NCBI GenBank assembly: GCA_963716255.1
Contig: OY970303.1
Span: forward strand, 256,001-320,000
Direction: 5' to 3'
Source of the DNA: an uncultured Gemmatimonadales bacterium
GTDB taxonomy: Bacteria; Gemmatimonadota; Gemmatimonadetes; Longimicrobiales; Longimicrobiaceae
DNA length: 64,000 bases
The position numbers and the translations under genes were made by a program. Of the stretch, positions 40,154 to 50,620 are shown piece by piece (position 1 is the first letter of the stretch; each line of letters begins with the position of its first letter). The notes below the pieces were generated by a model, which was not told the DNA's origin, ran no database searches, and saw only the letters and a list, made by a program, of their open reading frames with translations.

Positions 40154-41800
40154 TCAGCTCCCGGAGGGCGCGGGCTCCACCGCCAGCGCCACCTCGACCG
40201 CCTGCCCGGACTCGCGCGTCCAGCTCGCCCCTCCGTCGGCGCTCACCCAGGAGTTGGCGGCCTCGGCGGAGGCGCCGGGCCGGAACGCGTAGCCGTAGCA
40301 CCCCCGCGACGTGGCCGAGCGGAGGCGGACCGCGTACTCCCTTCCCGCCTCCACCGGCACGTCCAGGAGAACTTCCAGCGGGCGCGCGGCCCAGGACGGG
40401 TCCGCGGGCGCGTCCCACGCCCCGCGCTTGGGCTCGAAGATGGTGCTGTGGGCCACGGCGCCGCCGTCGCCCACGCCACGCAGATCCACCAGCAGCGCGG
40501 CCGTGGGCTCGCCGCGCTGGTAGGTGTTCACCGTGACCGAGCGGGCGCGTCCGCTCCGGGCGGCGACGAAGCGGAACTCCCGCATCAGCGCGGGACGCCC
40601 CGCGGGCGTCGCCACGTCGCACTGCAGGCGGCGCGCGTCGGCCTCGCGGACGGGCGGGGCGGCGAGCAGGGCGGGCACGCCGTACGAGCGCTCGCAGGTG
40701 ATGGGCTGGATGCGGCCGCGGTCGTCGAAGCGGAGCGGAGCCCAGAACTGCGGGGCGGGAGCCTGGTTGAGGTCGCCGCCCTCCCTGCCGTCGCTGTTCA
40801 GCCACAGGTCGCTCTGGTACAGGTACCAGCTGCCGCCGTCCGGCGTGGGAAGCTGCGACACGTGCCCCGGCTGCCCGCCGCACGAGGTGGCGGAGATGCG
40901 CTTCCCGGTGGACCAGGGCCCCAGCGGCGCGGACGCGGTGAAGTACGCGGTGCCGGTCTGGCAGTAGGCGCAGTTGGGGTCGCCCAGCAGCACGTAGTAG
41001 ATGCCGTTGCGCTTGAACAGCGTGGGCGACTCGGTCTGGCTCACCCCCAGGCTGGCGTACCGCCCGGTTCCGCTCAGGTAGTCGGGGGTCAGCTGCTCCA
41101 CGACGATGTTGCCCCTGCCCTTGGCCCACTCCGTGTACACCACGTAGCCGGTGCCGTCGTCGTCCACGAACAGGTTCTCGTCGCCGTTGTTGATCTTGCC
41201 GGAGGGGCCGGCGGTGTTGAAGGCCAGCGTCGGGGAGCCGCGCTCCACGAAGGGGCCGGCCGGCGAGTCGGACTCCAGCACGTAGTAGCTGACGGGCCGG
41301 TCGTACACGTTGACCCACAGCACGTACTTGCCGGTGGACCGGTTGAACACCACGTGCGGGCGGAAGCACCCGTTGCTCCACCCGTGGCAGCGGGCCTGCC
41401 AGGGCTCCCAGCTCGCGACGCCGAAGAGCGGCCCGTGGTCGGTCCACTCCACCAGGTTGGGCGAGCTGTAGACCCGGAAGCCGCAGAACGGAGACGCGGC
41501 CAGCTTGTGCCACTCGAAGCCGCAGCCGTACGTCTCGCCGTACAGGTAGTAGCGCCCCTCGAACCAGCGGATCTCGCCGCCGTGCGCGTCCACCTGGCTC
41601 CCGCGGGTGTCGAAGCGCGACAGGGGCTTGCCCGAAGCGTCGAAGTTGACGAGGGTCACCGTCGAGGGGGGAAGCGCCTCCACCGTCGCGGGGGCGGACT
41701 CCACCGCGAGCGGGGCGTCGCCGCCGTCGCCGCGGCAGGCGGCGAGGGCGAGGAGGAGCGCGGCCGCGAGGGCGCCGCGGAGCGGTGAGGATCGACGCAC
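40154..41800 (-). CDS. GH43-family glycoside hydrolase lipoprotein
   Basis: LAAC lipobox; VDAHGG..YYLYGE, YSSPNLVEW, RPHVVFNRSTGKYVLW, DENLFVDDDGTGY, ESPTLFKRNGIYY. Confidence 0.88.
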   Translation of the reverse strand: MRRSSPLRGALAAALLLALAACRGDGGDAPLAVESAPATVEALPPSTVTLVNFDASGKPLSRFDTRGSQVDAHGGEIRWFEGRYYLYGETYGCGFEWHKLAASPFCGFRVYSSPNLVEWTDHGPLFGVASWEPWQARCHGWSNGCFRPHVVFNRSTGKYVLWVNVYDRPVSYYVLESDSPAGPFVERGSPTLAFNTAGPSGKINNGDENLFVDDDGTGYVVYTEWAKGRGNIVVEQLTPDYLSGTGRYASLGVSQTESPTLFKRNGIYYVLLGDPNCAYCQTGTAYFTASAPLGPWSTGKRISATSCGGQPGHVSQLPTPDGGSWYLYQSDLWLNSDGREGGDLNQAPAPQFWAPLRFDDRGRIQPITCERSYGVPALLAAPPVREADARRLQCDVATPAGRPALMREFRFVAARSGRARSVTVNTYQRGEPTAALLVDLRGVGDGGAVAHSTIFEPKRGAWDAPADPSWAARPLEVLLDVPVEAGREYAVRLRSATSRGCYGYAFRPGASAEAANSWVSADGGASWTRESGQAVEVALAVEPAPSGS

Positions 41801-41864
41801 GGGTCTGCCGGTGGAGGTGAGGTGTTGCGGGCGATGGACGGCGGGACCGGAGGCGCGGCCGGGG

Positions 41865-42530
41865 TCAGGCCGTGCGCTCCGGGTGCGGGGCGGACGGGCA
41901 GACCTCGGCCAGCGTGCAGCGGTCGCAGAAGGCCCTGCGCGCGGTGCACACCGCGCGGCCGTGGTCGATGACGCGGTGCGTGAACACCACGCGCGACTCC
42001 GGCGGGAGCAGCCGGAGCAGGTCCTGCTCGATGCGCTCCGGGTCCTCCTCGCGGGTGAGCCCCAGGCGGAAGGCGATGCGCTTGACGTGGGTGTCCACCA
42101 CCACCCCGTCCGCCTCGCCGAAGGCGATCCCCCGCACCACGTTGGCCGTCTTGCGCCCCACGCCGGGGAGCGCCGTGAGGGCGTCCATCCCGCGCGGGAC
42201 CTCGCCGCCGTGCAGCGCCACCAGAGCCCGCCCCAGCCCGATGAGCGCCTTGGCCTTGTTACGGTAGAAGTTGACCGCGCGGATCTGTTCCTCCATCTCC
42301 TCCTGCGACGCGGCGGCGAGGTCGGCGGCGGTGGGGAAGCGGGCGAAGAGCCCCGGGGTGACCCGGTTCACCAGGGCGTCGGTGCACTGCGCGGAGAGCA
42401 CGGTGGCGACCAGCAGCTGCAGGGGGGTCTCGTGGTCCAGCGAGCACTTGCTCTCGGGGTACAGCCCCGCGAGCCCTTCAAGGATGCGGGCGGTCCGCGC
42501 CTGGCGCGCCGCCCTGCTTTCTCTGGGCAA
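41865..42530 (-). CDS. nth: Endonuclease III
   Basis: LLVATVLSAQCTD, LPGVGRKTANVV (HhH), VDTHV, C-X6-C-X2-C-X5-C Fe-S motif. Confidence 0.97.
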   Translation of the reverse strand: MPRESRAARQARTARILEGLAGLYPESKCSLDHETPLQLLVATVLSAQCTDALVNRVTPGLFARFPTAADLAAASQEEMEEQIRAVNFYRNKAKALIGLGRALVALHGGEVPRGMDALTALPGVGRKTANVVRGIAFGEADGVVVDTHVKRIAFRLGLTREEDPERIEQDLLRLLPPESRVVFTHRVIDHGRAVCTARRAFCDRCTLAEVCPSAPHPERTA

Positions 42531-44247
42531 GGTGTTCCTCTACGGCTTGCAGTTCCCAGGTGTTGAGCACCTGCGGCGCGGCCAGCCACCCCTTGCGGGC
42601 GGCGTTCACGCCGAAGGCGACGTTGTCCAGCCCGCGCGTGGAGTGCGCGTCCGGGTTGACGGGCACCAGCACCCCCCGCTCCGCGGCGTAGCGCACCCAG
42701 CGCCAGTCCAGGTCCAGCCGGTGGGGATCGGCGTTGATCTCGATGGCGACGCCGTGCTCGGCGGCCGCGTCGATCACCGCGCGGACGTCGATCGCGTACC
42801 CCTCGCGCGTCAGCAGGAGCCGCCCGGTGGGGTGACCCAGCATGGTGAGGCGCGGGTTCTCCACGGCCCGCAGCACCCGGTCGGTCATGGCGCGCTCCGG
42901 CATGCCGAACGACGAGTGCACCGAGCCCACCACGTAGTCGAAGGAGGCGAGCACGTCGTCCGGGTAGTCCAGGGCGCCGTCGGGGAGGATGTCGGCCTCG
43001 GTGCCCCTGAGCAGCCGGAAGCGCCCGGCCCCCGCCCCGCCGTGCGCCGCGTTCCACGCGTCGATCTCGCGGTGCTGGGCGCGCACCCGGGTGGAGGCCA
43101 GCCCGCCCGCGTACCCGGCCGAGCGGGAGTGGTCGGCGATGCCAAGATATCGCCAGCCGCGCTCGCGCGCAGCCTCCGCCATCTCCGCGACGGTGGCCTT
43201 GCCGTCGGACCAGGTGGTGTGGCAGTGGAAGGTGCCGCGCAGGTCGGCGGGCTCCACCAGCCGGGGGATGCGCCCCTCGGCCGCCGCGGCCACCTCGCCC
43301 ATCCCCTCGCGCAGCTCGGGCGGCACGTACGCCAGCCCCAGCACGGAGTACAGCGCTTCCTCGTCGGGGAGGGGGGCGTCCCCGCCGCCGTGCCGCAGCC
43401 CGTCCGAGTCCCATAGGAGCCCGCGCTCCGCGGCTCGCGCGGCCAGCGCCTCCAGGTGCGCCGCGCTCCCCGTTTCCCACGCGACGGCCGCGACGAATCG
43501 CGGTGGCGCCACGCAGCGCACGTTCACGCGCACGCCGTCGCGCAGGCGCAGCGAGGCGCGCCCCTCCCCCGCGCGCTCGGCGGCGCCGCCGGTGCCCTGG
43601 AGCGCCAGGAACGCGTCCACCACCGCGGCCGCGTCGGTCGAGGCGGCCACGAGGTCCACGGACGCGGCGGTCTCCATGCGGCGGCGCAGATCCCCCGCGA
43701 TCTCGGCGGCGGCCACGGCGGGGTGGGCGCGCAGCCACTCCAGGAAGTGAACGGCGAGCTCCATCGCCTGGGGGTAGCGCCGCCGCCCCGCGGATGCCCG
43801 CACGAAGCCCAGCCCCTCCAGCACCTTCTGCTGCGTCTTCGCGCCGAAGCCGGGGAGGGAGGCCACCTCGCCGGCGCGCGCCGCGGCCTCCAGCCGCTCC
43901 AGCGAGTCGATCCCCCGCTCGGCGTACAGGGTGCGCACGCGCTTCGTCCCCAGCCCGGGGATGCGCAGCAGGTCGTGGAGCCCCACCGGCACCTCGGCGC
44001 GCAGGCGCTCGTGCTGCCCGGAGCGCCCGGTGGCCAGCAGCTCGGCGACGGTGTCGGCGATGGCGGGGCCCACGCCGGGGAGCGAGGTCAGCCCGCCCGC
44101 GCGGGCCAGGGCGTCCAGGTCGGCCGTGGTCCCCTCCAGCGTGCGGGCGGCGGCGGCGAAGGCGCGGACGCGGAAGGGGTTCTCGCCGGTCAGTTCCCCC
44201 AGCATGGCGATCTCCTCCAGGACCGCCGCCACCTCGCGGGCGTTCAC
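42478..44247 (-). CDS. polX: DNA polymerase X / PHP family protein (non-canonical polymerase site)
   Basis: GENPFRVRAF, HhH motifs, YVPPELRE; PHP motifs HCHTTWSDG, DHS, GHPTGR, PDAH. Confidence 0.92.
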   Translation of the reverse strand: MNAREVAAVLEEIAMLGELTGENPFRVRAFAAAARTLEGTTADLDALARAGGLTSLPGVGPAIADTVAELLATGRSGQHERLRAEVPVGLHDLLRIPGLGTKRVRTLYAERGIDSLERLEAAARAGEVASLPGFGAKTQQKVLEGLGFVRASAGRRRYPQAMELAVHFLEWLRAHPAVAAAEIAGDLRRRMETAASVDLVAASTDAAAVVDAFLALQGTGGAAERAGEGRASLRLRDGVRVNVRCVAPPRFVAAVAWETGSAAHLEALAARAAERGLLWDSDGLRHGGGDAPLPDEEALYSVLGLAYVPPELREGMGEVAAAAEGRIPRLVEPADLRGTFHCHTTWSDGKATVAEMAEAARERGWRYLGIADHSRSAGYAGGLASTRVRAQHREIDAWNAAHGGAGAGRFRLLRGTEADILPDGALDYPDDVLASFDYVVGSVHSSFGMPERAMTDRVLRAVENPRLTMLGHPTGRLLLTREGYAIDVRAVIDAAAEHGVAIEINADPHRLDLDWRWVRYAAERGVLVPVNPDAHSTRGLDNVAFGVNAARKGWLAAPQVLNTWELQAVEEHLAQRKQGGAPGADRPHP

Positions 44248-45086
44248 GCGGGCGGGGCGCCGCCGCCGTCCGCCTCGTCCAGGGAGACGCGGTGGAAGGG
44301 GAGCCGCGAAAGGGGGACGGAGCCGGGACGCTCGTGCTCGCGCCGCTCGGCGGGCCCGTGGCCGGCGACGTGGCCGGGGTGGCGGTCCACGTACCAGAGG
44401 GCGCGCCCCACCAGCTTGAGCGCCTCGGGGACGGTGAGGATGGAGTACAGCCCGGCCATGTCGCCGCCGGGGAGGACGCTCTCGAAGTCGCGCCCCTCCT
44501 CGCGCACCGCCGCCTCGTTCCACGCCGCGGGGATCCCCGGCCCCACCTCGGTGTCGAAGTGGATCAGGCTGAGCCCGGCGCGCTGGCGGTGGATCCCCAG
44601 CGCCATCAGCACCTCCAGCGTCTCGAAGGGCTCGCCGCCGGCGTCCTCGCAGTCGGCGCAGCACACGAAGAAGCCGTCCACCGGCTCGGGGGGCACGTCC
44701 GGCGAGACGCTGGCCCAGAACAGGTTGGCGGGAAGCTGCACGTACGCCGACTCGGCGGGGAGGCGCAGCTCCCACCCGCGCAGGTCGGGGGCGGCCTCCA
44801 CCAGGTAGCGCGCCACCGCCGGCTCCAGCACGTACACGCGCTTGCCGAAGCGCCAGAAGTTGAAGGCGTGGTACAGGAACATGCGGTACTGCTCGGTGGC
44901 GTCCGGCGACGCGTCGGGCGGCACCACGCCGCGCACCGCCTCGCCCGCGCGGCTGAGGAAGGCGAAGCGCTCCGGGTGCGACGGGTCCACCCGCTGCGCC
45001 TCGGCCTCCGCGAGGATCGCCGGAAAGGTGCGCCCCTCCATGGCGGGCTCCTCGAACACCAGCTCGTACGGCGTCAGCCGGGCCAT
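44244..45086 (-). CDS. Conserved hypothetical protein
   Basis: MARLTPYELVF...YVQLPANLFW; GTGA overlap with the polX start. Confidence 0.8.
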   Translation of the reverse strand: MARLTPYELVFEEPAMEGRTFPAILAEAEAQRVDPSHPERFAFLSRAGEAVRGVVPPDASPDATEQYRMFLYHAFNFWRFGKRVYVLEPAVARYLVEAAPDLRGWELRLPAESAYVQLPANLFWASVSPDVPPEPVDGFFVCCADCEDAGGEPFETLEVLMALGIHRQRAGLSLIHFDTEVGPGIPAAWNEAAVREEGRDFESVLPGGDMAGLYSILTVPEALKLVGRALWYVDRHPGHVAGHGPAERREHERPGSVPLSRLPFHRVSLDEADGGGAPPA

Positions 45087-45446
45087 GCCGGCCGTCTGCC
45101 GCGCCGCCGGGGGGATGGAACCTTGGTCAGCCACTCTGCTCGCCTCTCGGATGCCCGGTCGTGCCCGGAACGTGGGAGCCTGCGGAAGGATGCAAGCCCA
45201 GTGCGAGCGGCCCTCACCCGGCTCGCTTGAGGCTCGCCACCCTTTCCCAGTTCTGGGAGAGGGGGCCCGCCGTTGCAGTTCCGCAGTACCCCCCGGAGTC
45301 TGTTCGGAGGGAGACAGCCGGGTGGTTTCGGCTGGCTCACTCCGGCGGAGGGAGACACGGGGGCAGTTTCCCGGGGCTCCCGGAGCCCGCGTAGGAAACA
45401 GGCCGGCAGTTTGGCCTGGTTCCGGAGCGGCCCCCGCGCACCGCAC

Positions 45447-46160
45447 TCAGTCCGACGAACCGACGCTCACCAGCGACTCCAGCACCTCCAGCCTGCGTCC
45501 CGAAAAAACTGCGCGCAGCGATTCCCAGAAACCCCGGCTGCGCACCAGCACCACCACCACGTCGCCCCTGGGCGCGGGCACGTCGTCCAGCGTCACGAAG
45601 TGCACGTCCCCCAGCGGCGACGGGAGCGGCAGGGCGAGCGGGCGCCCCTCCCACTCCACGGCGACGGACGCGTCCCCGGGCCCCACCGCGCGCTCCAGGA
45701 ACACGTCGCCGGCCACCTCCCAGGCGCCGGGCCCCAGCGGCTCGCCGGAGCGGAAGAAGAACGGCTCGAACTCCAGCCCCTCGCGGCGCGCGAAGTTCTG
45801 GTCGTCGGCGTAGTCGCGCACCTCCAGCTCGTCGTCCTGCGCCAGCGACTCCAGGTGGTGGCGGATCTCGTGGGTGACGGTCTCCCAGATCTCCTCCTCC
45901 CAGTCCCACTCCTCCTCCAGCCGCGACAGCCGCAGGAACGAGCCGTAGTACAGCATCACGATGGAGCGCACCTCCCCCGCCCCGCCCCACTCGGTGGGGT
46001 AGGTTTCGGTGACGCACTCGCCGAGCGTGTAGACGTCGGGGAGCTCCGGGTGCGGCACGGCGCGGCGCTCCACCGCCAGCCCGTCCACGCCCTCGCGGAA
46101 GTCCGGGGGGACGGCGTCGAACACCTCGTGCGCGCGGCGCTCGAACTCGTCGAAGGTCAT
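45447..46160 (-). CDS. Zincin-like metallopeptidase (minimal zincin / DUF1025-like)
   Basis: MTFDEFE..., IVMLYYGSF, TVTHEIRHH (HExxH). Confidence 0.85.
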   Translation of the reverse strand: MTFDEFERRAHEVFDAVPPDFREGVDGLAVERRAVPHPELPDVYTLGECVTETYPTEWGGAGEVRSIVMLYYGSFLRLSRLEEEWDWEEEIWETVTHEIRHHLESLAQDDELEVRDYADDQNFARREGLEFEPFFFRSGEPLGPGAWEVAGDVFLERAVGPGDASVAVEWEGRPLALPLPSPLGDVHFVTLDDVPAPRGDVVVVLVRSRGFWESLRAVFSGRRLEVLESLVSVGSSD

Positions 46161-46229
46161 CCGCCGGCGCGCGTGCGGGCTGCGGTCATGATACCGGATC
46201 CGGTTGGAACGGCTTTGGACGGCGGGTTC

Positions 46230-46359
46230 GGGCGTGCCCCCGGCTGGCGCCGGGGTCGGGCTTCGGCTCCGTAGGGCTGCAAACAACGCAGCCCAACGGA
46301 GTCGAGCCCCGGCAAACTGCCGCCGGGTCTCGCCCCTTCGGGCCGAAATCCCTCACGCG
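46230..46359 (+). repeat. ~130-bp structured repeat, copy 7 (GGGCTGC)
   Basis: Match to family; antisense to flanking genes. Confidence 0.95.
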
Positions 46360-46498
46360 GGCTCCGTTCGGACCGGGAGGGAGGGATTCGGGTCCGGAAA
46401 CTATCCGCGCGGCAAACCGGCGCGCAACGATGCGCGCGGGGCCCGGACGACACGCGCTCGCCCGGGCCCCGCCCGCCCCTCCGAAGCGCGCCCCGCCC

Positions 46499-47041
46499 TC
46501 AGGCGCCGATCGCCCGCCGGATCCGCGCGATCTGCGCCAGGTGCACCAGGTCGTGCGCCGCCAGCAGGGCGACGACGCGCCGCACGCTCTCCGGCCCGCG
46601 CTCGGCGTGCATCCCGGCGCGGTCCAGCCGCTCGTCGTCCAGAGAGCGCAGCCAGCGCAGGTTGGCGGTGCGCAGCGCGCGGTGCTGCTCCTGCGCGGCG
46701 GCGAGCTCCACGTGGCGGTAGCCCAGCTCGCGGCTCCAGGCGTCCTGGTCGTAGCCCTCGATGGCGCACCCCGGGTCGGCGACGATCTTCCGCATCCGGT
46801 AGCCGTGCACCAGCTCGGTGTCCGCCAGGTGCTGCACCACTTCCACGACCGACCACTTCCCCGGCGCCTCGGGGGTACGCAGCGCCGCGTCGTCCAGCCC
46901 GGCCACGGCCTCCGCCAGGCGCTCCACCTGCGCCTCCTGCACCTCCCACGGGTCGCGATCGCCCAGCACGCCGAGCAGCGAGGCCACGTAGCGGGCCACG
47001 GCTTCCGGCGGGTCGCCGAAGCGGTTGGCGAGGTCCGGCAC
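46499..47041 (-). CDS. DinB/YfiT family protein
   Basis: PGKWSVVEVVQHLADTE, YDQDAW, AAHDLVHLAQI. Confidence 0.9.
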   Translation of the reverse strand: MPDLANRFGDPPEAVARYVASLLGVLGDRDPWEVQEAQVERLAEAVAGLDDAALRTPEAPGKWSVVEVVQHLADTELVHGYRMRKIVADPGCAIEGYDQDAWSRELGYRHVELAAAQEQHRALRTANLRWLRSLDDERLDRAGMHAERGPESVRRVVALLAAHDLVHLAQIARIRRAIGA

Positions 47042-47046
47042 GGCCG

Positions 47047-48396
47047 CTACCCCAGCCGCTCGCGCAGGTACTCCACCACCCGCCCTTCCTCGATCCTCAC
47101 CTGCTCCATGGTGTCGCGGTCGCGGATGGTCACGGTGCCGTTCTCGCCGGTCTCGCCGTCCACCGTGAGCCCGAAGGGCGTCCCCGCCTCGTCCTGCCGC
47201 CGGTAGCGCCGCCCGATGGCCCCCGACTCGTCGTAGAAGCTGGGAATGCCGCGGCGGCGCAGGTCCTCGTGGATGGCGGTGGCGCGCTCCGGCATGCCGT
47301 CCTTCTTCACCAGCGGGAACACGCCCACCTTGAGCGGCGCCAGCGAGGGCTTGATCCCCAGCACCACGCGCGTCTCCCCCTCCACCTCCTCCTCGCGGTA
47401 GGCGTCCGCCAGCACCGCCAGGGTGATGCGGTCGGCCCCCACCGAGGTCTCGATGATGTAGGGGAGGTAGCGCTTGTTCTGCGCCGGGTCGATGTACTCC
47501 AGGCGCTTCCCCGAGTACTCCTGGTGCCGCCGCAGGTCGAAGTCGGTGCGGTTGTGGATCCCCTCCACCTCGCCCCACCCGCCCTCGCCGATGGTGCCGC
47601 CGAAGCGGAACTCCACGTCGCCGGCGGCGCTGGCGTAGTGCGCCAGCTTCTCGTGCGGCCTGTAGCGCAGCCGGTCCTCCGAGAGCCCCAGCACCTGCGT
47701 GTGCCAGCTCATCCGCCGCTCGCGCCAGTACTCGAACCACTCCCCGTCGCTGCCGGGCTCGACGAAGAACTGCATCTCCATCTGCTCGAACTCGCGCGTG
47801 CGGAAGGTGAAGTTCCCGGGGGTGATCTCGTTGCGGAACGCCTTGCCGATCTGCGCGATCCCGAAGGGGACCTTCTGCCGCGCCGAGGTCTGCACGTTGA
47901 GGAAGTTGACGAAGATGCCCTGCGCCGTCTCCGGACGCAGGTACACGGTGGACGACGAGTCCTCCACCGGCCCCATGAACGTCTTGAACATCAGGTTGAA
48001 CTGGCGCGGCTCGGACCACTGCCCCCGCACCCCGCACGACGGGCACTGGATGGCCGCCGTCTCCCGGGTGCCGGCCAGCTCCTGGAGGGTGTCCTCGCGG
48101 AAGCGGCGGTGGCAGTTGAGGCATTCCACCAGCGGGTCGCTGAACTCGGCCACGTGGCCGGACGCTTCCCACACCCTGGGGTGCATGAGGATGGCCGCGT
48201 CCAGACCCTCGATGTCGTCGCGCTCGTGCACCATGCTGCGCCACCAGGCGTCCTTGACGTTGCGCTTCAGCTCCACGCCCAGCGGGCCGTAGTCCCACAC
48301 GGAGCCGGTGCCGCCGTAGATCTCGGAAGACTGGAAGACGTAGCCCCGCCGCTTGCTGAGCGAGACGAGCTTTTCCATCAGGTCGTTGTCGGCCAT
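47047..48396 (-). CDS. glyQS: Glycine--tRNA ligase (alpha2, GlyQS type)
   Basis: [53 protein letters not shown]. Confidence 0.98.
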   Translation of the reverse strand: MADNDLMEKLVSLSKRRGYVFQSSEIYGGTGSVWDYGPLGVELKRNVKDAWWRSMVHERDDIEGLDAAILMHPRVWEASGHVAEFSDPLVECLNCHRRFREDTLQELAGTRETAAIQCPSCGVRGQWSEPRQFNLMFKTFMGPVEDSSSTVYLRPETAQGIFVNFLNVQTSARQKVPFGIAQIGKAFRNEITPGNFTFRTREFEQMEMQFFVEPGSDGEWFEYWRERRMSWHTQVLGLSEDRLRYRPHEKLAHYASAAGDVEFRFGGTIGEGGWGEVEGIHNRTDFDLRRHQEYSGKRLEYIDPAQNKRYLPYIIETSVGADRITLAVLADAYREEEVEGETRVVLGIKPSLAPLKVGVFPLVKKDGMPERATAIHEDLRRRGIPSFYDESGAIGRRYRRQDEAGTPFGLTVDGETGENGTVTIRDRDTMEQVRIEEGRVVEYLRERLG

Positions 48397-48519
48397 TCTG
48401 ACTTCGGAATCGGTCGGAGGATCGCGGACTTTCGCGCTGCATGCCGTTCATGTATTCACGAACAGGGCTGGCAAGTTACGCGGGTGCCGGCCCCGTGGCA
48501 AATCGGCGCGAGCGGGGCG

Positions 48520-48951
48520 TCACCGCTCCCGCAGGCGCACCCGGGTGACCTCCTCCACGGCCGCCATCACCGCGTGGAAGCCCTGCACGTCGCGGGGGTC
48601 GGCGTGCGCGCGGATCTCGCCCTCCAGCGCCTCCAGCAACCGGTTGCAGCGGTCCGCCAGCTCCCCGCCCTCGTCGCTCACGTGGATCAGGAAGGAGCGG
48701 CGGTCGTCCGGGTTGACCTCGCGGCGCACCAGCCCGGCCCGCTCCAGGCGGTCGAGAAGGCTGGTGAAGGTGGACTGCTTGATCCCGAAGACGCGCACCA
48801 GCTCCGCGATGGGGGCCGGGGCGTAGCTCCGCAGGTAGGTGAGCACGTGCCCCTCCAGGGGGCTCACCCCCAGCTCGCGGGTGCGCGCCTCCAGGTACAC
48901 GGAAAGCTGCCGCGACGCCTTGTGCAGGGGAGAAAGGAATTCCAGGGGCAT
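48520..48951 (-). CDS. MarR family transcriptional regulator
   Basis: STFTSLLDRLERAGLVRREVNPDDRRS. Confidence 0.93.
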   Translation of the reverse strand: MPLEFLSPLHKASRQLSVYLEARTRELGVSPLEGHVLTYLRSYAPAPIAELVRVFGIKQSTFTSLLDRLERAGLVRREVNPDDRRSFLIHVSDEGGELADRCNRLLEALEGEIRAHADPRDVQGFHAVMAAVEEVTRVRLRER

Positions 48952-49023
48952 GGCTTCCTGCGGTCGGGGAGGTGGCGGCGGGACCGGAGCGCACGGCACG
49001 GGCGTCCGCGTCCGCCGCGGAGC

Positions 49024-49052
49024 TTGACGGCGCTCGCGAGAGCCGCTAGTCT
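49024..49052 (+). promoter_or_regulatory. sigma70-type promoter for the DinB gene
   Basis: TTGACG-N17-TAGTCT. Confidence 0.7.
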
Positions 49053-49066
49053 ACCGAAAGAGGATA

Positions 49067-49080
49067 ATACGATATCGTAT
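49067..49080. promoter_or_regulatory. Perfect 14-bp palindrome, likely MarR operator
   Basis: ATACGATATCGTAT between divergent marR and dinB, just downstream of the promoter. Confidence 0.7.
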
Positions 49081-49125
49081 CAATTTCGCATAGTCCCCTT
49101 TCCACCCGGCACCCGCGAGGCGACC

Positions 49126-49641
49126 ATGGCCGCAGAAGCACCCTCCAGCGTGGGCGAGATCGAGCTCCTCCGCCACCAGGCGCGCGTGACCCATCACGTC
49201 GTGCGGCTCAACACCGAGGGCGTGACACAGGAGGAGAGCCTGCTCCAGCCCGAGCCCGCCGGGAACTGCCTGAACTGGGTGGTGGGGCACCTGGTCGCCA
49301 TCTACGAGCGGGCGCTCCCGGTCCTGGGCCAGGAACCGGTGATGGGGCCCGGCGCCATGGCGCGGTACGACCGCGGCTCGGCGCCGCTGCGCGACCCCGC
49401 CGAGGCCATGCGGCTGGACGACCTGCTGGCGGCGTGGGACGAGGCGTCGCGGCGCGTGGACGCGGGGCTTGCCGGGCTCGACCCGGCGGCGCTCGGCGCG
49501 CCCGCGCCGTTCAGCCCGGGCGGCGACCCGGACGAGACGACCCGCTCGCTGCTGGCGACGGTGCTCTTCCACCAGGGCTACCACGCCGGCCAGACGGGGA
49601 TCCTGCGCAGGCTCGCCGGGCGGGAGGGAGCCATCCGCTGA
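49126..49641 (+). CDS. DinB family protein
   Basis: [20 protein letters not shown]. Confidence 0.9.
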   Translation: MAAEAPSSVGEIELLRHQARVTHHVVRLNTEGVTQEESLLQPEPAGNCLNWVVGHLVAIYERALPVLGQEPVMGPGAMARYDRGSAPLRDPAEAMRLDDLLAAWDEASRRVDAGLAGLDPAALGAPAPFSPGGDPDETTRSLLATVLFHQGYHAGQTGILRRLAGREGAIR

Positions 49642-49871
49642 GACGTCCCCGCGGACGGAGCTCCCCCGGTGGGTTGCCGCCGCGGCGCGCTGCCACTACC
49701 CTGTTGGGTGGCCGCGCGCGCGTGTGGAACGACACCTGCACGCGCCGCCGCGGGCGACGCAAATCTCCCGCACGCGCGGGAGCGCACGGAATCTTTCAGG
49801 ACGGCGCCGCCGGCCGGCGCCGGCTTCGCGCTCGTAGCACGACCTTTCAAACCGCGGATCGGAGGAGCAGC

Positions 49872-50498
49872 GTGAACGACGACGATCAGGACCAGGACCA
49901 GGAGCAGGAGAAGGAGGAGCGGACCCCCGCCTCGACCCCGACCACCGTGACCGACTCCCTCAAGGAGCGGCTCTTCAAGGCGCGCACGCTGGTCATCAGC
50001 GGCGAGATCAACCAGGCGCTGGCGTCGCACGTCATCGCGCAGCTGCTGGCGCTCGCCGCGGATTCGGACAAGGCGATCACCATCTTCATCAACTCGCAGG
50101 GCGGCCACGTGGAGTCGGGCGACACCATCCACGACGTCATCCGCTTCATCAAGCCGCGCGTGCGAATGGTGGGGACCGGGTGGGTGGCGAGCGCCGGGGC
50201 GCTGATCTTCGTGTCGGTTCCGCTGGAGGACCGCTTCGCCCTCCCCAACACCCGCTTCCTGCTGCACCAGCCGGCGGGCGGGAGCGGCGGCACTGCGGCG
50301 GACATCGACATCGAGGCCCGCGAGATCCTCAAGATGCGCGACCGCATCAACCGCATCTTCTCCACGGCGACGGGGCAGCCCATCGAGCGCATCGAGAAGG
50401 ACACCCACCGCAACTTCTGGCTGGGCGCCGACGACGCCAAGGAGTACGGGCTGGTGGGACGGATCGTGGCGAGCCAGGACGAGCTGGAAGGGGCCTGA
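49872..50498 (+). CDS. clpP: ATP-dependent Clp protease proteolytic subunit
   Basis: FINSQGG, GWVASAG (Ser), LLHQP (His), [17 protein letters not shown]. Confidence 0.95.
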   Translation: MNDDDQDQDQEQEKEERTPASTPTTVTDSLKERLFKARTLVISGEINQALASHVIAQLLALAADSDKAITIFINSQGGHVESGDTIHDVIRFIKPRVRMVGTGWVASAGALIFVSVPLEDRFALPNTRFLLHQPAGGSGGTAADIDIEAREILKMRDRINRIFSTATGQPIERIEKDTHRNFWLGADDAKEYGLVGRIVASQDELEGA

Positions 50499-50620
50499 CC
50501 GTCCGCGGGCAGGGAGAAGTCCGGGGGGTGCCGGCGGGCGCGTTGCACGGGCCGCCGGCACCCCCTAGCTTTGAGGACCCGCAGGCTTCCCACCCACCCG
50601 CGCCTCCCCAGGAGATCCGC

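Noticed and set aside
42478..42530. 53-bp overlap of polX and nth as a fusion or frameshift
   Set aside because: Both proteins look complete in their own frames; short overlaps are ordinary.
48397..48519. Possible T-box or riboswitch leaders before glyQS (also checked asnS and carB)
   Set aside because: No T-box consensus or recognisable aptamer; the leaders are short.
50395..50425. ClpP catalytic Asp position reads Asn (DTHRNFW)
   Set aside because: RNFW variants are, to my knowledge, common in secondary ClpP paralogs; not distinctive without an alignment.
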